Assembly (NCBI GenBank): GCA_944391335.1 | Contig: CALXTF010000003.1 | Span: 4,323 to 68,322 of the forward strand | Reading direction: 5' to 3' | DNA: 64,000 bases | DNA from: an uncultured Alphaproteobacteria bacterium | GTDB taxonomy: Bacteria; Pseudomonadota; Alphaproteobacteria; RF32; CAG-239 | Part shown: positions 48,597 through 58,592 of the stretch, in pieces | How the letters are laid out: every line of letters begins with the position of its first letter | Position numbering within the stretch: the first letter of the stretch is position 1 | Notes under the pieces: generated by a model | What the model saw: only the letters and a program-made list of their open reading frames with translations | The model's database searches: none | What the model was told of the DNA's origin: nothing | Position numbers and translations under genes: made by a program

Positions 48597-48617
48597 AATA
48601 AATTATAAAGGATAAAA

Positions 48618-49016
48618 ATGATTGTCGGCTTGGGTATAGATATTTGTAATAGTGAAAGAATTCAAAAAACTTATGATCATTTCGGCTTAAGGTTTATTCA
48701 TCGCTGTTTCGGTCTTAATGAATTAAAAGAACTTAATTCAATTGAAAATAATAAGTCACGATTAATCGCTTCTCTGGCAAAAAGATTTGCCGCTAAGGAA
48801 GCTTTCGTTAAAGCCCTTGGTTCCGGATTTCGTCAGGGAATTATGTGGACAGATATTGAAGTTATTCATCATGCTAATGGACAACCGGAATTGAAAGTAT
48901 CCGGTCATTCTGCAGAAATACTCAGACAATTGGCTCCTCATTATCAATTGTGGGTTAGCTTAAGTGATGATAAATCATTAGCTCAGGCCGTTGTAATTAT
49001 TGAAAATAAAAATTAA
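48618..49016 (+). CDS. acpS: holo-ACP synthase
   Basis: GLGIDI, RFAAKEAFVKALG, VSLSD. Confidence 0.93.
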   Translation: MIVGLGIDICNSERIQKTYDHFGLRFIHRCFGLNELKELNSIENNKSRLIASLAKRFAAKEAFVKALGSGFRQGIMWTDIEVIHHANGQPELKVSGHSAEILRQLAPHYQLWVSLSDDKSLAQAVVIIENKN

Positions 49017-49053
49017 ACTAATATAATGTGGTAAATGTATAGGGAGAATAAAT

Positions 49054-49785
49054 ATGGAAAAAGAAGAAAGCTTGTTAGAAACAATTAAAACAATAATATT
49101 AGCTGTGGTTATTGCCGTTTTAATAAGAAGTTTCTTATTTGAACCTTTCAAAATTCCCTCAAGTTCCATGTATCCCAATCTTTATATCGGTGATTTCTTG
49201 TTCGTTTCAAAATATACTTACGGGTATTCACGTCATTCTTTTCCTTTTAGTTTTCCTCCCTTTTCCGGACGTATTTGGAGTGATAAACCTCAACGCGGTG
49301 ATGTTGTCGTTTTTAAATTTCCAAAAGATAATCGAACCGATTTTATTAAACGTATCATAGGTCTACCCGGTGATAAAATTAAATTGGAAAACGGACGCTT
49401 ATACATTAACGGTAAAATGCTGCCAAGAGAAAAAGGAGAAGATTTCGTTTTGCGTAATTCTTTCGGACATGCCGAAAGATATCATCGCTATAATGAGACT
49501 CTGCCAAACAATGTTAAACATGATATATTAGAAATTTCTGATGAGGAAATGGAAGATGATTTTGCCGAAGTTGTTATACCAGAAGATAATTATTTCGTTA
49601 TGGGGGATAATCGAGATCGTTCTGATGATAGTCGTGTAAGTGTTGGATTTGTCCCTTTTGAAAATTTAGTGGGAAAAGCCCGTTTTCTCTTCTTTTCATA
49701 CGATCCTGACGAAGGTGCTTGGTATAAACCTTGGACTTGGGCAAAAAAAATCCGTTGGAGCAGGTTGTTTAACAAAATAAATTAA
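49054..49785 (+). CDS. lepB: signal peptidase I
   Basis: IPSSSM, FIKR, GDNRDRSDDSR. Confidence 0.95.
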   Translation: MEKEESLLETIKTIILAVVIAVLIRSFLFEPFKIPSSSMYPNLYIGDFLFVSKYTYGYSRHSFPFSFPPFSGRIWSDKPQRGDVVVFKFPKDNRTDFIKRIIGLPGDKIKLENGRLYINGKMLPREKGEDFVLRNSFGHAERYHRYNETLPNNVKHDILEISDEEMEDDFAEVVIPEDNYFVMGDNRDRSDDSRVSVGFVPFENLVGKARFLFFSYDPDEGAWYKPWTWAKKIRWSRLFNKIN

Positions 49786-49798
49786 CACAGGAGCCTTA

Positions 49799-50458
49799 AT
49801 GCAAAAATTAGAAAATATATTGCAATACCATTTTGAAAATAAACATTTATTACATCAATCCTTAACACATTCCAGTATAACTAACAGATTGTCTGAAAAT
49901 TATGAACGATTGGAATTCTTAGGAGATCGCGTCTTAGGCGTTGCTGTCGCAGAATTGGTTTATCAAATGTTTCCAAATGAACCGGAAGGAAGTTTGTCAC
50001 AACGATTTATGGCTCTTGTCTGTAAAGAAACTGTCGCCGAAATGGCCTTAAAATTAGGTCTGGACGCCTATATAAACGCAGAAAGTTTAGATATTCATCA
50101 TAATGATAATGTGTTGTGTGATGTTTGTGAAGCTGTGATTGGTGCAATTTATCTTGACGGAGGATGCAAAACAGCTGTTGATTTTGTTCAAAAAAATTGG
50201 CGCCCTTTACTGGATACTCATACAAATCCTCCTAAAGACGCTAAAACAAAATTACAGGAAATCGCCCATGAAAAAGGATTATCTGCCCCTAAATATATTG
50301 AAATCAGTAAAGAAGGAGCTGAACATAATCCTGTTTTTCATGTGCAGGTGGAAATAAATGGAATTCAATCACAACAAGGAAGCGGACATAATAAAAAAAC
50401 AGCAGAACAATCCGCTGCTGAAAACATGCTTAAATTATTGGGAGTAAAAAATGGATAA
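49799..50458 (+). CDS. rnc: ribonuclease III
   Basis: ERLEFLGDRVL, EAVIGAIYLD, C-terminal dsRBD. Confidence 0.96.
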   Translation: MQKLENILQYHFENKHLLHQSLTHSSITNRLSENYERLEFLGDRVLGVAVAELVYQMFPNEPEGSLSQRFMALVCKETVAEMALKLGLDAYINAESLDIHHNDNVLCDVCEAVIGAIYLDGGCKTAVDFVQKNWRPLLDTHTNPPKDAKTKLQEIAHEKGLSAPKYIEISKEGAEHNPVFHVQVEINGIQSQQGSGHNKKTAEQSAAENMLKLLGVKNG

Positions 50459-51353
50459 TCAGATAAAACGTTGTGGTTTTGTTAGTTTAATCGGAGCTCC
50501 AAATGTCGGAAAATCAACAATTACAAATGATTTTGTCGGTTCAAAAGTATCTATCGTTTCTCCTAAAGCGCAAACAACACGAACTTTGATAAAAGGAATA
50601 GGTGTTTATGAAAACACACAAATTATTTTTTTAGATACTCCTGGTATTTTTAAACCTAAACGACGTTTTGATCGTTCAATGGTCGCTTCTGCATGGAATG
50701 GAGCCGCAGATGGGGATATTCTGGTCTTGGTCGTTGATGCTCGGCGCGGCTTTGATAATGAAACAAAAGCTATTGTCGATGAATTAAAACTTAAACAGCA
50801 AAAAATGGTTCTGTTGCTAAATAAAATTGATCTTGTTCATAAAGAAAAACTTTTGCCTCTTGCTGAAGAAATTAATCAAACAGCTCTTTTCTCCGAAACA
50901 TTTATGGTTTCAGCGGCAACAGGGGAAAATATGAAGGATTTTTATCACTATCTGGCAGAAAATCTTCCTCAATCACCATGGTATTATCCTGAAGAACAAA
51001 TGTCTGACTTGCCGCTTAGATTATTGGCGGCAGAAGTCGTAAGAGAAAAGTTGTTTTTATATTTGCAAGAAGAAATCCCTTATTCTTTAACCGTCGAACC
51101 GGAACTATGGGAAAGACGTATAGATGGAAGTATTCGTACGGAAATAACAATATATGTCGAACGAGAGGGCCAAAAAAAAATTATTATCGGGCATAATGGG
51201 GAAATGATAAAAAAAATAGGACAAACAGCACGATTGGAATTAGAAAAAATGTTGGATGAAAGAATCCATTTGTTTCTATTCGTTAAGGTACGGGAAAACT
51301 GGAGTGAAGATCCTGCTCGCTACCAGGATTGGGGATTAATTTATAATGTCTAA
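50451..51353 (+). CDS. era: GTPase Era
   Basis: GAPNVGKS, DTPG, NKID, KH domain. Confidence 0.96.
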   Translation: MDNQIKRCGFVSLIGAPNVGKSTITNDFVGSKVSIVSPKAQTTRTLIKGIGVYENTQIIFLDTPGIFKPKRRFDRSMVASAWNGAADGDILVLVVDARRGFDNETKAIVDELKLKQQKMVLLLNKIDLVHKEKLLPLAEEINQTALFSETFMVSAATGENMKDFYHYLAENLPQSPWYYPEEQMSDLPLRLLAAEVVREKLFLYLQEEIPYSLTVEPELWERRIDGSIRTEITIYVEREGQKKIIIGHNGEMIKKIGQTARLELEKMLDERIHLFLFVKVRENWSEDPARYQDWGLIYNV

Positions 51354-51381
51354 AAATCTTGTATGATATGGAACTAAAATA

Positions 51382-52698
51382 ATGGATTTGAAATCTAAAA
51401 AACAAATATTACCATCTAAAAATGAAACAGATATTTTTATTTTTAATTTATGGTGGTCATTGAATTATGGAGCAATATTAACTGCTTATGCGTTACAACA
51501 AAGTTTAAATGATTGGGGGTACAAAAGTAAGTTAGTACATTATGTGCAGGATTGGTGTCGTATTCATTTTCCCAACAGTTTTTCGGAAAAATTTGCTAAA
51601 CGCCATTTACAAGTTACCGAACCTTTCGATAATTATGAAGATATTATTCGATTAAATCAACAGGCTAATACTTTTATTGTTGGTTCGGATCAAGTGTTTA
51701 GGCAAAAATACAACCAACAACAAGGTTTTTATTTTTATCTTCCTTTCGTCGATCCAGATAAGAAAAAAATTGCTTGCGCGGCTAGTTTCGGAATCGATCA
51801 TTTGGAAGGAAACAGTTACGATAACCGCCTGAAAAAATATTATTTATCTTGTTTTGATGCCGTCTCTGTTCGGGAAATATCGGGAGTTAAAATTTGCCAC
51901 GATGAATTAGATTGTTATGCTGAAAAAATTCTTGATCCTGTCTTTTGGCTTTCGGCAGATCATTGGCAAAAACTCGCCGAATTATCCGATTTAAATTGTA
52001 AAAATTATGTCTTTTCATACGTCCTTGACAATAGTAGTGAAATAAAACATCAATTAGAGAATATCTACGGCAAAATAAACGAACAAGAAATTATAACTTT
52101 AGGTAAAGGGCAAAAAAAAGAAATTGGTACTATCTCTCCGGAAGATTGGATCTATTATATTAAAAATTGCAATTTCCTAATAACAGATTCTTTTCACGGG
52201 GTATGTTTTGCCATTATTTTTAATAAGCCTTTTATTTGTTTAGTAAATCAAGAAAGAGGTCTAACTAGATTTGAAAGTTTGTTCGCAGATATTGGAATTG
52301 ATTTACATGATTATCATAATGAAAAATTAGATTTTACGTCAATTGATTATAAAAATGTCAATAGTAAATTACAAGAAAAAATAGCCTATTCAAGAGAGTG
52401 GATGCGTCAAGCTTTGGCTCGTCCTAAATCAACACTTTCCGAAAATAAAGAAATATTTTCTTTTTTTATGCAGCAATTGGATATCTGTCATTGGAAACTT
52501 GCTCAACAAAAACATCAAATTAATGAAATTCGTAAAATTTTATCAATAAGCGGAACTCTATGGCCTTATAAATTACGTTGTTGGCGGTATAAATGTTATT
52601 CTTTATTGTTTCAAGGTAAAAAAAGACAAAAATATAAAATCAAATATAACGAATATAAGCAAAAACTTGAAATGTTTATGAATATCAATTGTGATTAA
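51382..52698 (+). CDS. polysaccharide pyruvyl-transferase-family protein
   Basis: NYGAIL.AYAL, VGSDQV, AASFG, SVRE, DPVF, TDSFHG..FAIIF.KPF. Confidence 0.85.
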   Translation: MDLKSKKQILPSKNETDIFIFNLWWSLNYGAILTAYALQQSLNDWGYKSKLVHYVQDWCRIHFPNSFSEKFAKRHLQVTEPFDNYEDIIRLNQQANTFIVGSDQVFRQKYNQQQGFYFYLPFVDPDKKKIACAASFGIDHLEGNSYDNRLKKYYLSCFDAVSVREISGVKICHDELDCYAEKILDPVFWLSADHWQKLAELSDLNCKNYVFSYVLDNSSEIKHQLENIYGKINEQEIITLGKGQKKEIGTISPEDWIYYIKNCNFLITDSFHGVCFAIIFNKPFICLVNQERGLTRFESLFADIGIDLHDYHNEKLDFTSIDYKNVNSKLQEKIAYSREWMRQALARPKSTLSENKEIFSFFMQQLDICHWKLAQQKHQINEIRKILSISGTLWPYKLRCWRYKCYSLLFQGKKRQKYKIKYNEYKQKLEMFMNINCD

Positions 52699-52774
52699 TA
52701 AATTATTTTTATTATTTTCCTTCAAAATTTATTTTTTATATTCTATATTATAATAAATAATATAAGGAAAAAAT

Positions 52775-53434
52775 ATGGTAGAATATATAAAAACAGCTTT
52801 GGTTTCTGATTTTGACGGAACAATTAGTGATGATGATTTTTTTAATTATGTCTGTCATCAATATCTTGGTCAAGAGGCTCTTATTCCATGGCAAGAATAT
52901 TTACAAGGGAAAAAAACTCATTTTGAAGCCTTAAAAGAAATTTTTTCATCTCTAAGGGTTAATCAAAAAGAGTTTGATGAATTTATTTGCCAAATCCCGA
53001 TTGATGAATATTTTTTTAAAACAGCAGCTTTTTGCAGACAAAAAGAAATTCCCGTATATATTTGCTCAGCCGGTTGTGATTATTATATACAAAAAAGATT
53101 AGGCGATAAAATTAAAAATCTTAACTTGAAACTTATTACTAATCATGGAGTGTATAATTCTCAAACAGGTCTTATCATAACTCCTTTACCTCTTAACAGT
53201 CCTTTTTATGATCCGGATACTGGTGTTAATAAAGCATCTATCGTTCATTATCTTCAATTACAAGGGTATAAAGTCGTTTATTGTGGAGATGGTAAACCTG
53301 ATATACCTGCGGCAATTCAAGCAAATATCGTTTTTGCTCGAAAAACACTTCTTTCTCAATGTAAACAATTAAAAATACCAATTATGCAATTAGAAAATTT
53401 TAATCAAGTTTATCATTTTTTGAAAGGTGAATAA
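52775..53434 (+). CDS. HAD-IB phosphatase, MtnX-like
   Basis: DFDGT, SAG, K, GDG..D motifs, VFARK. Confidence 0.85.
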   Translation: MVEYIKTALVSDFDGTISDDDFFNYVCHQYLGQEALIPWQEYLQGKKTHFEALKEIFSSLRVNQKEFDEFICQIPIDEYFFKTAAFCRQKEIPVYICSAGCDYYIQKRLGDKIKNLNLKLITNHGVYNSQTGLIITPLPLNSPFYDPDTGVNKASIVHYLQLQGYKVVYCGDGKPDIPAAIQANIVFARKTLLSQCKQLKIPIMQLENFNQVYHFLKGE

Positions 53435-53435
53435 A

Positions 53436-54518
53436 ATGAAAAAAATCCTTCCCTATATGCTTACGGCAAGACAAATAAATATTCCTTATCTGCTTAAAAC
53501 AGGTGAAGGGAAAATTAGAAAAATAGGTAAGTATTTATTTGATAAAGATATGATGGAAATTGCTTTATTTTGGGGAGAAGGAATAGAAAATCTTCTTGGG
53601 CAGAAATTAAATCAAGGGTTAAATGAAAATCATATAAAAATTCTATCGGAGAATACAATAACAAGTATTGCTATTGAAGATATTATAACTTCGGCTTTTT
53701 CGTTACCAGCGGGAATTAAAGCAATTGTTGGTATCGGCGGTGGAAAAGTCCTTGATTTTGCAAAATATACCGCTCACTTGTTAAAATTACCTTATATCAG
53801 CGTACCAACCTCAATGTCAAATGATGGTTTTTGTTCACCGACGGTTTCACTTACGGTAAAGGGGGAGCGCAAAACTGTAAAAGCTTCTATTCCATATGGC
53901 GTTGTTATCGATTTAGATGTTATAGCTGGATGTCCTAAAAGTTTTCTTTATTCCGGCGTCGGTGACATGATTGCTAAAGTCAGTGCTTTATGGGATTGGA
54001 AACATGCCGCGGAAAAAGGATTAGAGAGATTTAATGATTTCGCGTCGATGATGTCATATAATTCACTTGATTTATTGTTTTTGCGCCATAGCAGTGATTT
54101 ATCATCTCCACGTTTTCAACGAAGTTTGGCAACTTCACTTCTTTATAGCGGTATTGCCATGGAAATAGCTGGCACATCAAGACCGGCCAGTGGATCAGAA
54201 CATTTAATTTCTCACGCCTTAGATCAACTTTCTGCTAAACCTAAGATGCATGGATTGCAAGTCGGTACAGCCGCATATTTATGTGCCAAGCTTCAAAAAA
54301 ATCCAGAAGTTGATGGTATTAGAGATATTTTATCGGCAACAGGCTTTTTTGATTTTGTTGCTCAAGATCCTTTCGATAAAACAGAATTTATTCGTGCTGT
54401 TGAAATGGCTCCCGAAATTAAACAAAACTATTATACAATCCTTTCTGAGCCGCAAAGTTTGCCCAAAGCTATACGTTTGTTGGAAGAAGATGAAATTTTA
54501 CAACGGCTTGTTAAATAA
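53436..54518 (+). CDS. glycerol-1-phosphate dehydrogenase-like (EgsA/AraM-type) dehydrogenase
   Basis: GGGKVLD, PTSMSNDG..SP, SRPASGSEHLISH, HGLQVG. Confidence 0.8.
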   Translation: MKKILPYMLTARQINIPYLLKTGEGKIRKIGKYLFDKDMMEIALFWGEGIENLLGQKLNQGLNENHIKILSENTITSIAIEDIITSAFSLPAGIKAIVGIGGGKVLDFAKYTAHLLKLPYISVPTSMSNDGFCSPTVSLTVKGERKTVKASIPYGVVIDLDVIAGCPKSFLYSGVGDMIAKVSALWDWKHAAEKGLERFNDFASMMSYNSLDLLFLRHSSDLSSPRFQRSLATSLLYSGIAMEIAGTSRPASGSEHLISHALDQLSAKPKMHGLQVGTAAYLCAKLQKNPEVDGIRDILSATGFFDFVAQDPFDKTEFIRAVEMAPEIKQNYYTILSEPQSLPKAIRLLEEDEILQRLVK

Positions 54519-54519
54519 A

Positions 54520-55578
54520 CTAAACAACTATTTGCCATAAATGTTGAGGCTTAGGATTATTATCAAATAATAATTCCATCATCCATGCCGTAACTAATTT
54601 ATTATTAAATTCGCGATAATATGCGTCATAACCTATTTTTGCTGCTTTCATCCGAGCTTCGGGATTGTTTTTATAAAAATGCAGTTTATCTATAAATTCT
54701 TGTTCTGTACTAAAAAATGCAGCTCCGTCTTCAGATAGAATTTCGTTAAATCCGGCCTCTCTTTCTAGTAAAGCCAATTGTCCGTTGCCTATAATATGAG
54801 CCAATCTATCAGAACTGTATAAATAAACATTGTTTCGTCTGCTAAAACTAAACCCTATACCGGCTTTGTTAAATGCTTCTAAATAATCCGCTCCGTTAAA
54901 GGGAGAGGAATTACGAATATGTCCTCCAAGCAGCCATTTTATATCTGGAATTTTTTCTTCTGTTTTATTAATAACGTGTTCGACACTTTGATATAAGCCG
55001 CAAAATTCCCGATTATCCGTATTTGCGCAAAGAAAAACATCAAATGGAAGATCGTGTTTTGTAAAAGTTGTTCCGGTTTCTATTGCCGGATCAACCATAT
55101 TTGGAATATGCGCCACTGGTTTTCCGTTGCGTGAAAATTGTTTAAGTAATTCTTTATCACCGGTAGAAATCATGGTTACGTCAACGACATCAAGTTTATT
55201 ATTAAGAGCATCAATATTGTGTTGGCATTCTTTTGAATGATAAATTGAATCACAATTCCATTGCATTATTCGTGTTTTGGGAAACTTTTTTCTGATTTTG
55301 ATAATTGTTTCAGTTGAAATTGTATCGGCATGGCCAAATAAAATAGCATCTGGACGAACGGTTTGGCAAAATTCAAGGAGATGTTTATTGACACGATATC
55401 GTCCAAGAGCATTCATATGTCCATAACCAAACATCCGGCATAAATCTCTGTCTGCATAATTAATGACTTCATATCCGTTTTTTATGAGGCCGGTTGAAAT
55501 TTTTACAGGAAACCCACATTGGAAACAACCTTTTAGACGTAGGGAGTTGAAATTAGCGACATGAAGAATACGGCTCAT
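54520..55578 (-). CDS. glycosyltransferase (GT-B, Glyco_trans_1_2/CgeB-like)
   Basis: YLYSSDRLAHIIGNG, IDKLHFY...R...A..GY. Confidence 0.7.
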   Translation of the reverse strand: MSRILHVANFNSLRLKGCFQCGFPVKISTGLIKNGYEVINYADRDLCRMFGYGHMNALGRYRVNKHLLEFCQTVRPDAILFGHADTISTETIIKIRKKFPKTRIMQWNCDSIYHSKECQHNIDALNNKLDVVDVTMISTGDKELLKQFSRNGKPVAHIPNMVDPAIETGTTFTKHDLPFDVFLCANTDNREFCGLYQSVEHVINKTEEKIPDIKWLLGGHIRNSSPFNGADYLEAFNKAGIGFSFSRRNNVYLYSSDRLAHIIGNGQLALLEREAGFNEILSEDGAAFFSTEQEFIDKLHFYKNNPEARMKAAKIGYDAYYREFNNKLVTAWMMELLFDNNPKPQHLWQIVV

Positions 55579-56267
55579 TTATTTTTGCTCCATAATTTTA
55601 GAGTAATATTAATATTGGCGATAATTTTTAGTAAAGGTTTTAAAATCTTGGGTGAGGCTCCGGCAGCACTAAAACGTACAGCAACACGAGGCAGTTTACA
55701 TTCAACAGCTATTCCCATTCGATGATGGCCTTGATTAACAGTGTCTTTAATTCCCATCATTCTTAGCAACATAATGTCTAAAGGGAAATTATCATCATAA
55801 CCTTTTTGCATTGATTTGTATAATTCGTCGTATCTTTTTTTTCGTTCATTAGCGTCAAAATAATATAAAGGGTTGCTAAATATATATGCGTTCTTGCGGG
55901 TGCGGATATTTCGTTCAATTTTAAGATGTCTGATATCCATGGGGTTCATATGGTATATATTGGAAGAAAAAATTTTATAGTGAGCGCGCAGGGGTTTGAT
56001 GAATACGGTAAAAATATCAAAACGATTTATTTTAGTAATAAAGGCAAAGCGGATTGGAATAAAAGGTATGTTATTTTTGATAGCCTCAAGAATTATTTCA
56101 CGTCCGCAGAGGAGGGTATCTTTTTGTCCAGCTTGACTATCTCCGATAAGAACAACGACTTTGTCTTTTAATTGATGTTTAAAGTCTTCAAGAGGCCCAT
56201 CTTTTAAGATATTGATATCATAAGGATCGACAGGGTAGAGTTCGGATGATTGACAAAGTTCGTGCAT
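55575..56267 (-). CDS. hypothetical protein with an internal duplication, ParB/Srx-like
   Basis: QGHHR motif; overlaps the glycosyltransferase start by 4 bp; RBS aaggag. Confidence 0.55.
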   Translation of the reverse strand: MHELCQSSELYPVDPYDINILKDGPLEDFKHQLKDKVVVLIGDSQAGQKDTLLCGREIILEAIKNNIPFIPIRFAFITKINRFDIFTVFIKPLRAHYKIFSSNIYHMNPMDIRHLKIERNIRTRKNAYIFSNPLYYFDANERKKRYDELYKSMQKGYDDNFPLDIMLLRMMGIKDTVNQGHHRMGIAVECKLPRVAVRFSAAGASPKILKPLLKIIANINITLKLWSKNK

Positions 56268-56438
56268 ATAGTTCTCCTTTTACGGAAAAATTATAAGATA
56301 TTTCTCTTAAATTGGCAAATAAATATTTATTTTATACAATAAATTTTTTTATTTTAAAATATGTTTTTTATTGTAGAAATATGAATTTTATGTTAAAATT
56401 TAAATATATAAAATATAATTATGAAAAGGAGACGAGCC

Positions 56439-56939
56439 ATGACAAATGAAATGATAGATAAAACTTTTGGTGAAGGCTTTCTTCTGGCTGTTGAAAAATC
56501 CCAAAATCAACAGAAACTTTTTGCTGTATTGGAGGATGCTGTATCACAATTTTATCCTCAATATGATTTATCAGCTCAACTGGTAAGACTTTCTGATTTT
56601 GAATCTGTGGCTATCTATCAGAATAAATTAGCGCGCATAAGAATTGATTATAACGCTAAAGCTGTAAGGGAAATATATCAACGTTTAATTGGATTGAAAA
56701 ATTTTGGTAATGATAATTATAAATATAAAGAAAAAATAATTCGGAAGCTTAATCTCTTAATTAATAATTATCCAACTATCGATGAAATTATTTATATTGT
56801 CATGGCTGCATATGTTATGTGTGGTTATGGAAATGTAAAAAAATTTAAAAAAGAATTATGTGCATATATTAATGAGAATTCCGCAACTAATTTACATAAC
56901 CAATCTATTTTTGAAAAAGTTCATGCCTTAAATCCTTAA
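56439..56939 (+). CDS. hypothetical protein
   Basis: ORF with RBS aggag before ATG 56439. Confidence 0.55.
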   Translation: MTNEMIDKTFGEGFLLAVEKSQNQQKLFAVLEDAVSQFYPQYDLSAQLVRLSDFESVAIYQNKLARIRIDYNAKAVREIYQRLIGLKNFGNDNYKYKEKIIRKLNLLINNYPTIDEIIYIVMAAYVMCGYGNVKKFKKELCAYINENSATNLHNQSIFEKVHALNP

Positions 56940-56963
56940 TTGATATTAATTGAGGTCGTATCG

Positions 56964-58565
56964 TTAATGACGGCAAGCCGCAAGAATATCAAGGCGTGAG
57001 TTATAAAATGGCGATGTTACCCGACTTAAACCTAGTAATGTGTGAAAAACATTGTCATGTGAAAATCTTTGCTTACTAATTCTGCGAATACATTCCATAT
57101 CTAAATTGTTGCTTTTTATATAATTGGCAGAAAACCAAAATAGTGTGGGAATGTGTTTTTGTTCATCAGGGGCTGTGTCATAAGGCGCAGAATGCATATA
57201 AATATTATTTTCACCTAAAGATTGACCGTGATCGGAAGTAAAAAATAATGCAATGTCATATTCATCAGAAAGTTTTTTTAACTTCTCAATTGTTTGAGCC
57301 AACATATATGAGGTATAATAAATTGTATTATCATAAGCATTTACAATTTCTTCACGAGTGCAGTTTTGTAAAAATTTTTGTTTGCAAACAGGAGTATATA
57401 TTTCAAATTTTTTAGGATATCTCTGCGCATAAAGAGGACCATGGCTTCCTCTTTGATGAAGGACAATTAAGGTCGGTTGGTTTGTACTTTTAATTTTTGA
57501 AATGAAATCCTTTAATAAAATTTCATCAGGACATTCTTTAACATGACAAAACCGTTCTTGCTCAATGCGGTTACAATTATCTTTGCAATCTGTGTTATTT
57601 TCGCGCCACAAAAGTTTATAACCGGCATGGTCGATAATATCTAAAACGTTTTCGGTATATTTTTCACTTTCAGGTTTAAATTTTACTCTTGGATAGGGAG
57701 AAAAAATACAAGGTACGGAAATAGCTGTTGCTGTTCCGCAAGAATAAAAATTATTAAAATAGATAAGTTCATTTTGATATTTTTCTAAAGGTTCATTGGT
57801 TCTTCTTTTATATCCGGAGAGGGAAAAATTTGCATCACGAGCCGATTCTCCAATAACAACAACAATTAAGTTTTTTTTGCTTTCCATGGGGGCGGGAAGC
57901 ATTTTTGCGCCATCTGAAATTTTTTTTAGTTTAATGCCAATATATTTTGTTTTAATTTTTATAACAGAAATAATTGCTCCAATATAATTGGCTGGAACTA
58001 ATGAATTTTTTAAATATTTACGTTGCCTTAACATTTGAGAGTTATCTAAAAGACCGATACCAATAATACTGCCGCAAATAAGTAAATAGATACTACTCAT
58101 GAGTAATCGAAAATAAATTTCTTGTTTTTTAGGGATATAAACAATATGGGTTTTATAAATAATATATGAAGGGAAAACAAATAAAACTAATAAATATAAA
58201 ATCATTTTTAAATTGAGCATATCAGATACTTCATAAATATCTGTTTGTAAAACATTTAAAAGCATAATTTTATCTATCACAATTCCATATGCGTTCATAA
58301 AATAAAAAGCAGAAGTATTTAAAAGACAAAATGTTATAGCCAGTGGTTTAGTTAGGTTGCGGATAAATAAAATTGAGGTAATAATATTTAATATGGCAAA
58401 AACACATATTGTTGTTAATATTGTGGCTAAAAATGAATAATCATGATGAAAAACAGTTTTAATAAAAGGAATATTATAAGCTGCCATAGTAAAACAGCAA
58501 TAAAGGAAATTAAAACGAATGCTTGAAACAGACCATAAATAACGTGATGTTTGAGTTAGAAACAT
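56964..58565 (-). CDS. eptA: lipid A phosphoethanolamine transferase (EptA/MCR superfamily)
   Basis: About 5 N-terminal TM helices; GESAR, CGTATAISVPC catalytic Thr, GSHGP, YDNTI, SDHG. Confidence 0.9.
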   Translation of the reverse strand: MFLTQTSRYLWSVSSIRFNFLYCCFTMAAYNIPFIKTVFHHDYSFLATILTTICVFAILNIITSILFIRNLTKPLAITFCLLNTSAFYFMNAYGIVIDKIMLLNVLQTDIYEVSDMLNLKMILYLLVLFVFPSYIIYKTHIVYIPKKQEIYFRLLMSSIYLLICGSIIGIGLLDNSQMLRQRKYLKNSLVPANYIGAIISVIKIKTKYIGIKLKKISDGAKMLPAPMESKKNLIVVVIGESARDANFSLSGYKRRTNEPLEKYQNELIYFNNFYSCGTATAISVPCIFSPYPRVKFKPESEKYTENVLDIIDHAGYKLLWRENNTDCKDNCNRIEQERFCHVKECPDEILLKDFISKIKSTNQPTLIVLHQRGSHGPLYAQRYPKKFEIYTPVCKQKFLQNCTREEIVNAYDNTIYYTSYMLAQTIEKLKKLSDEYDIALFFTSDHGQSLGENNIYMHSAPYDTAPDEQKHIPTLFWFSANYIKSNNLDMECIRRISKQRFSHDNVFHTLLGLSRVTSPFYNSRLDILAACRH

Positions 58566-58592
58566 GGTAAAATCCTTAACAAACAGATTATA

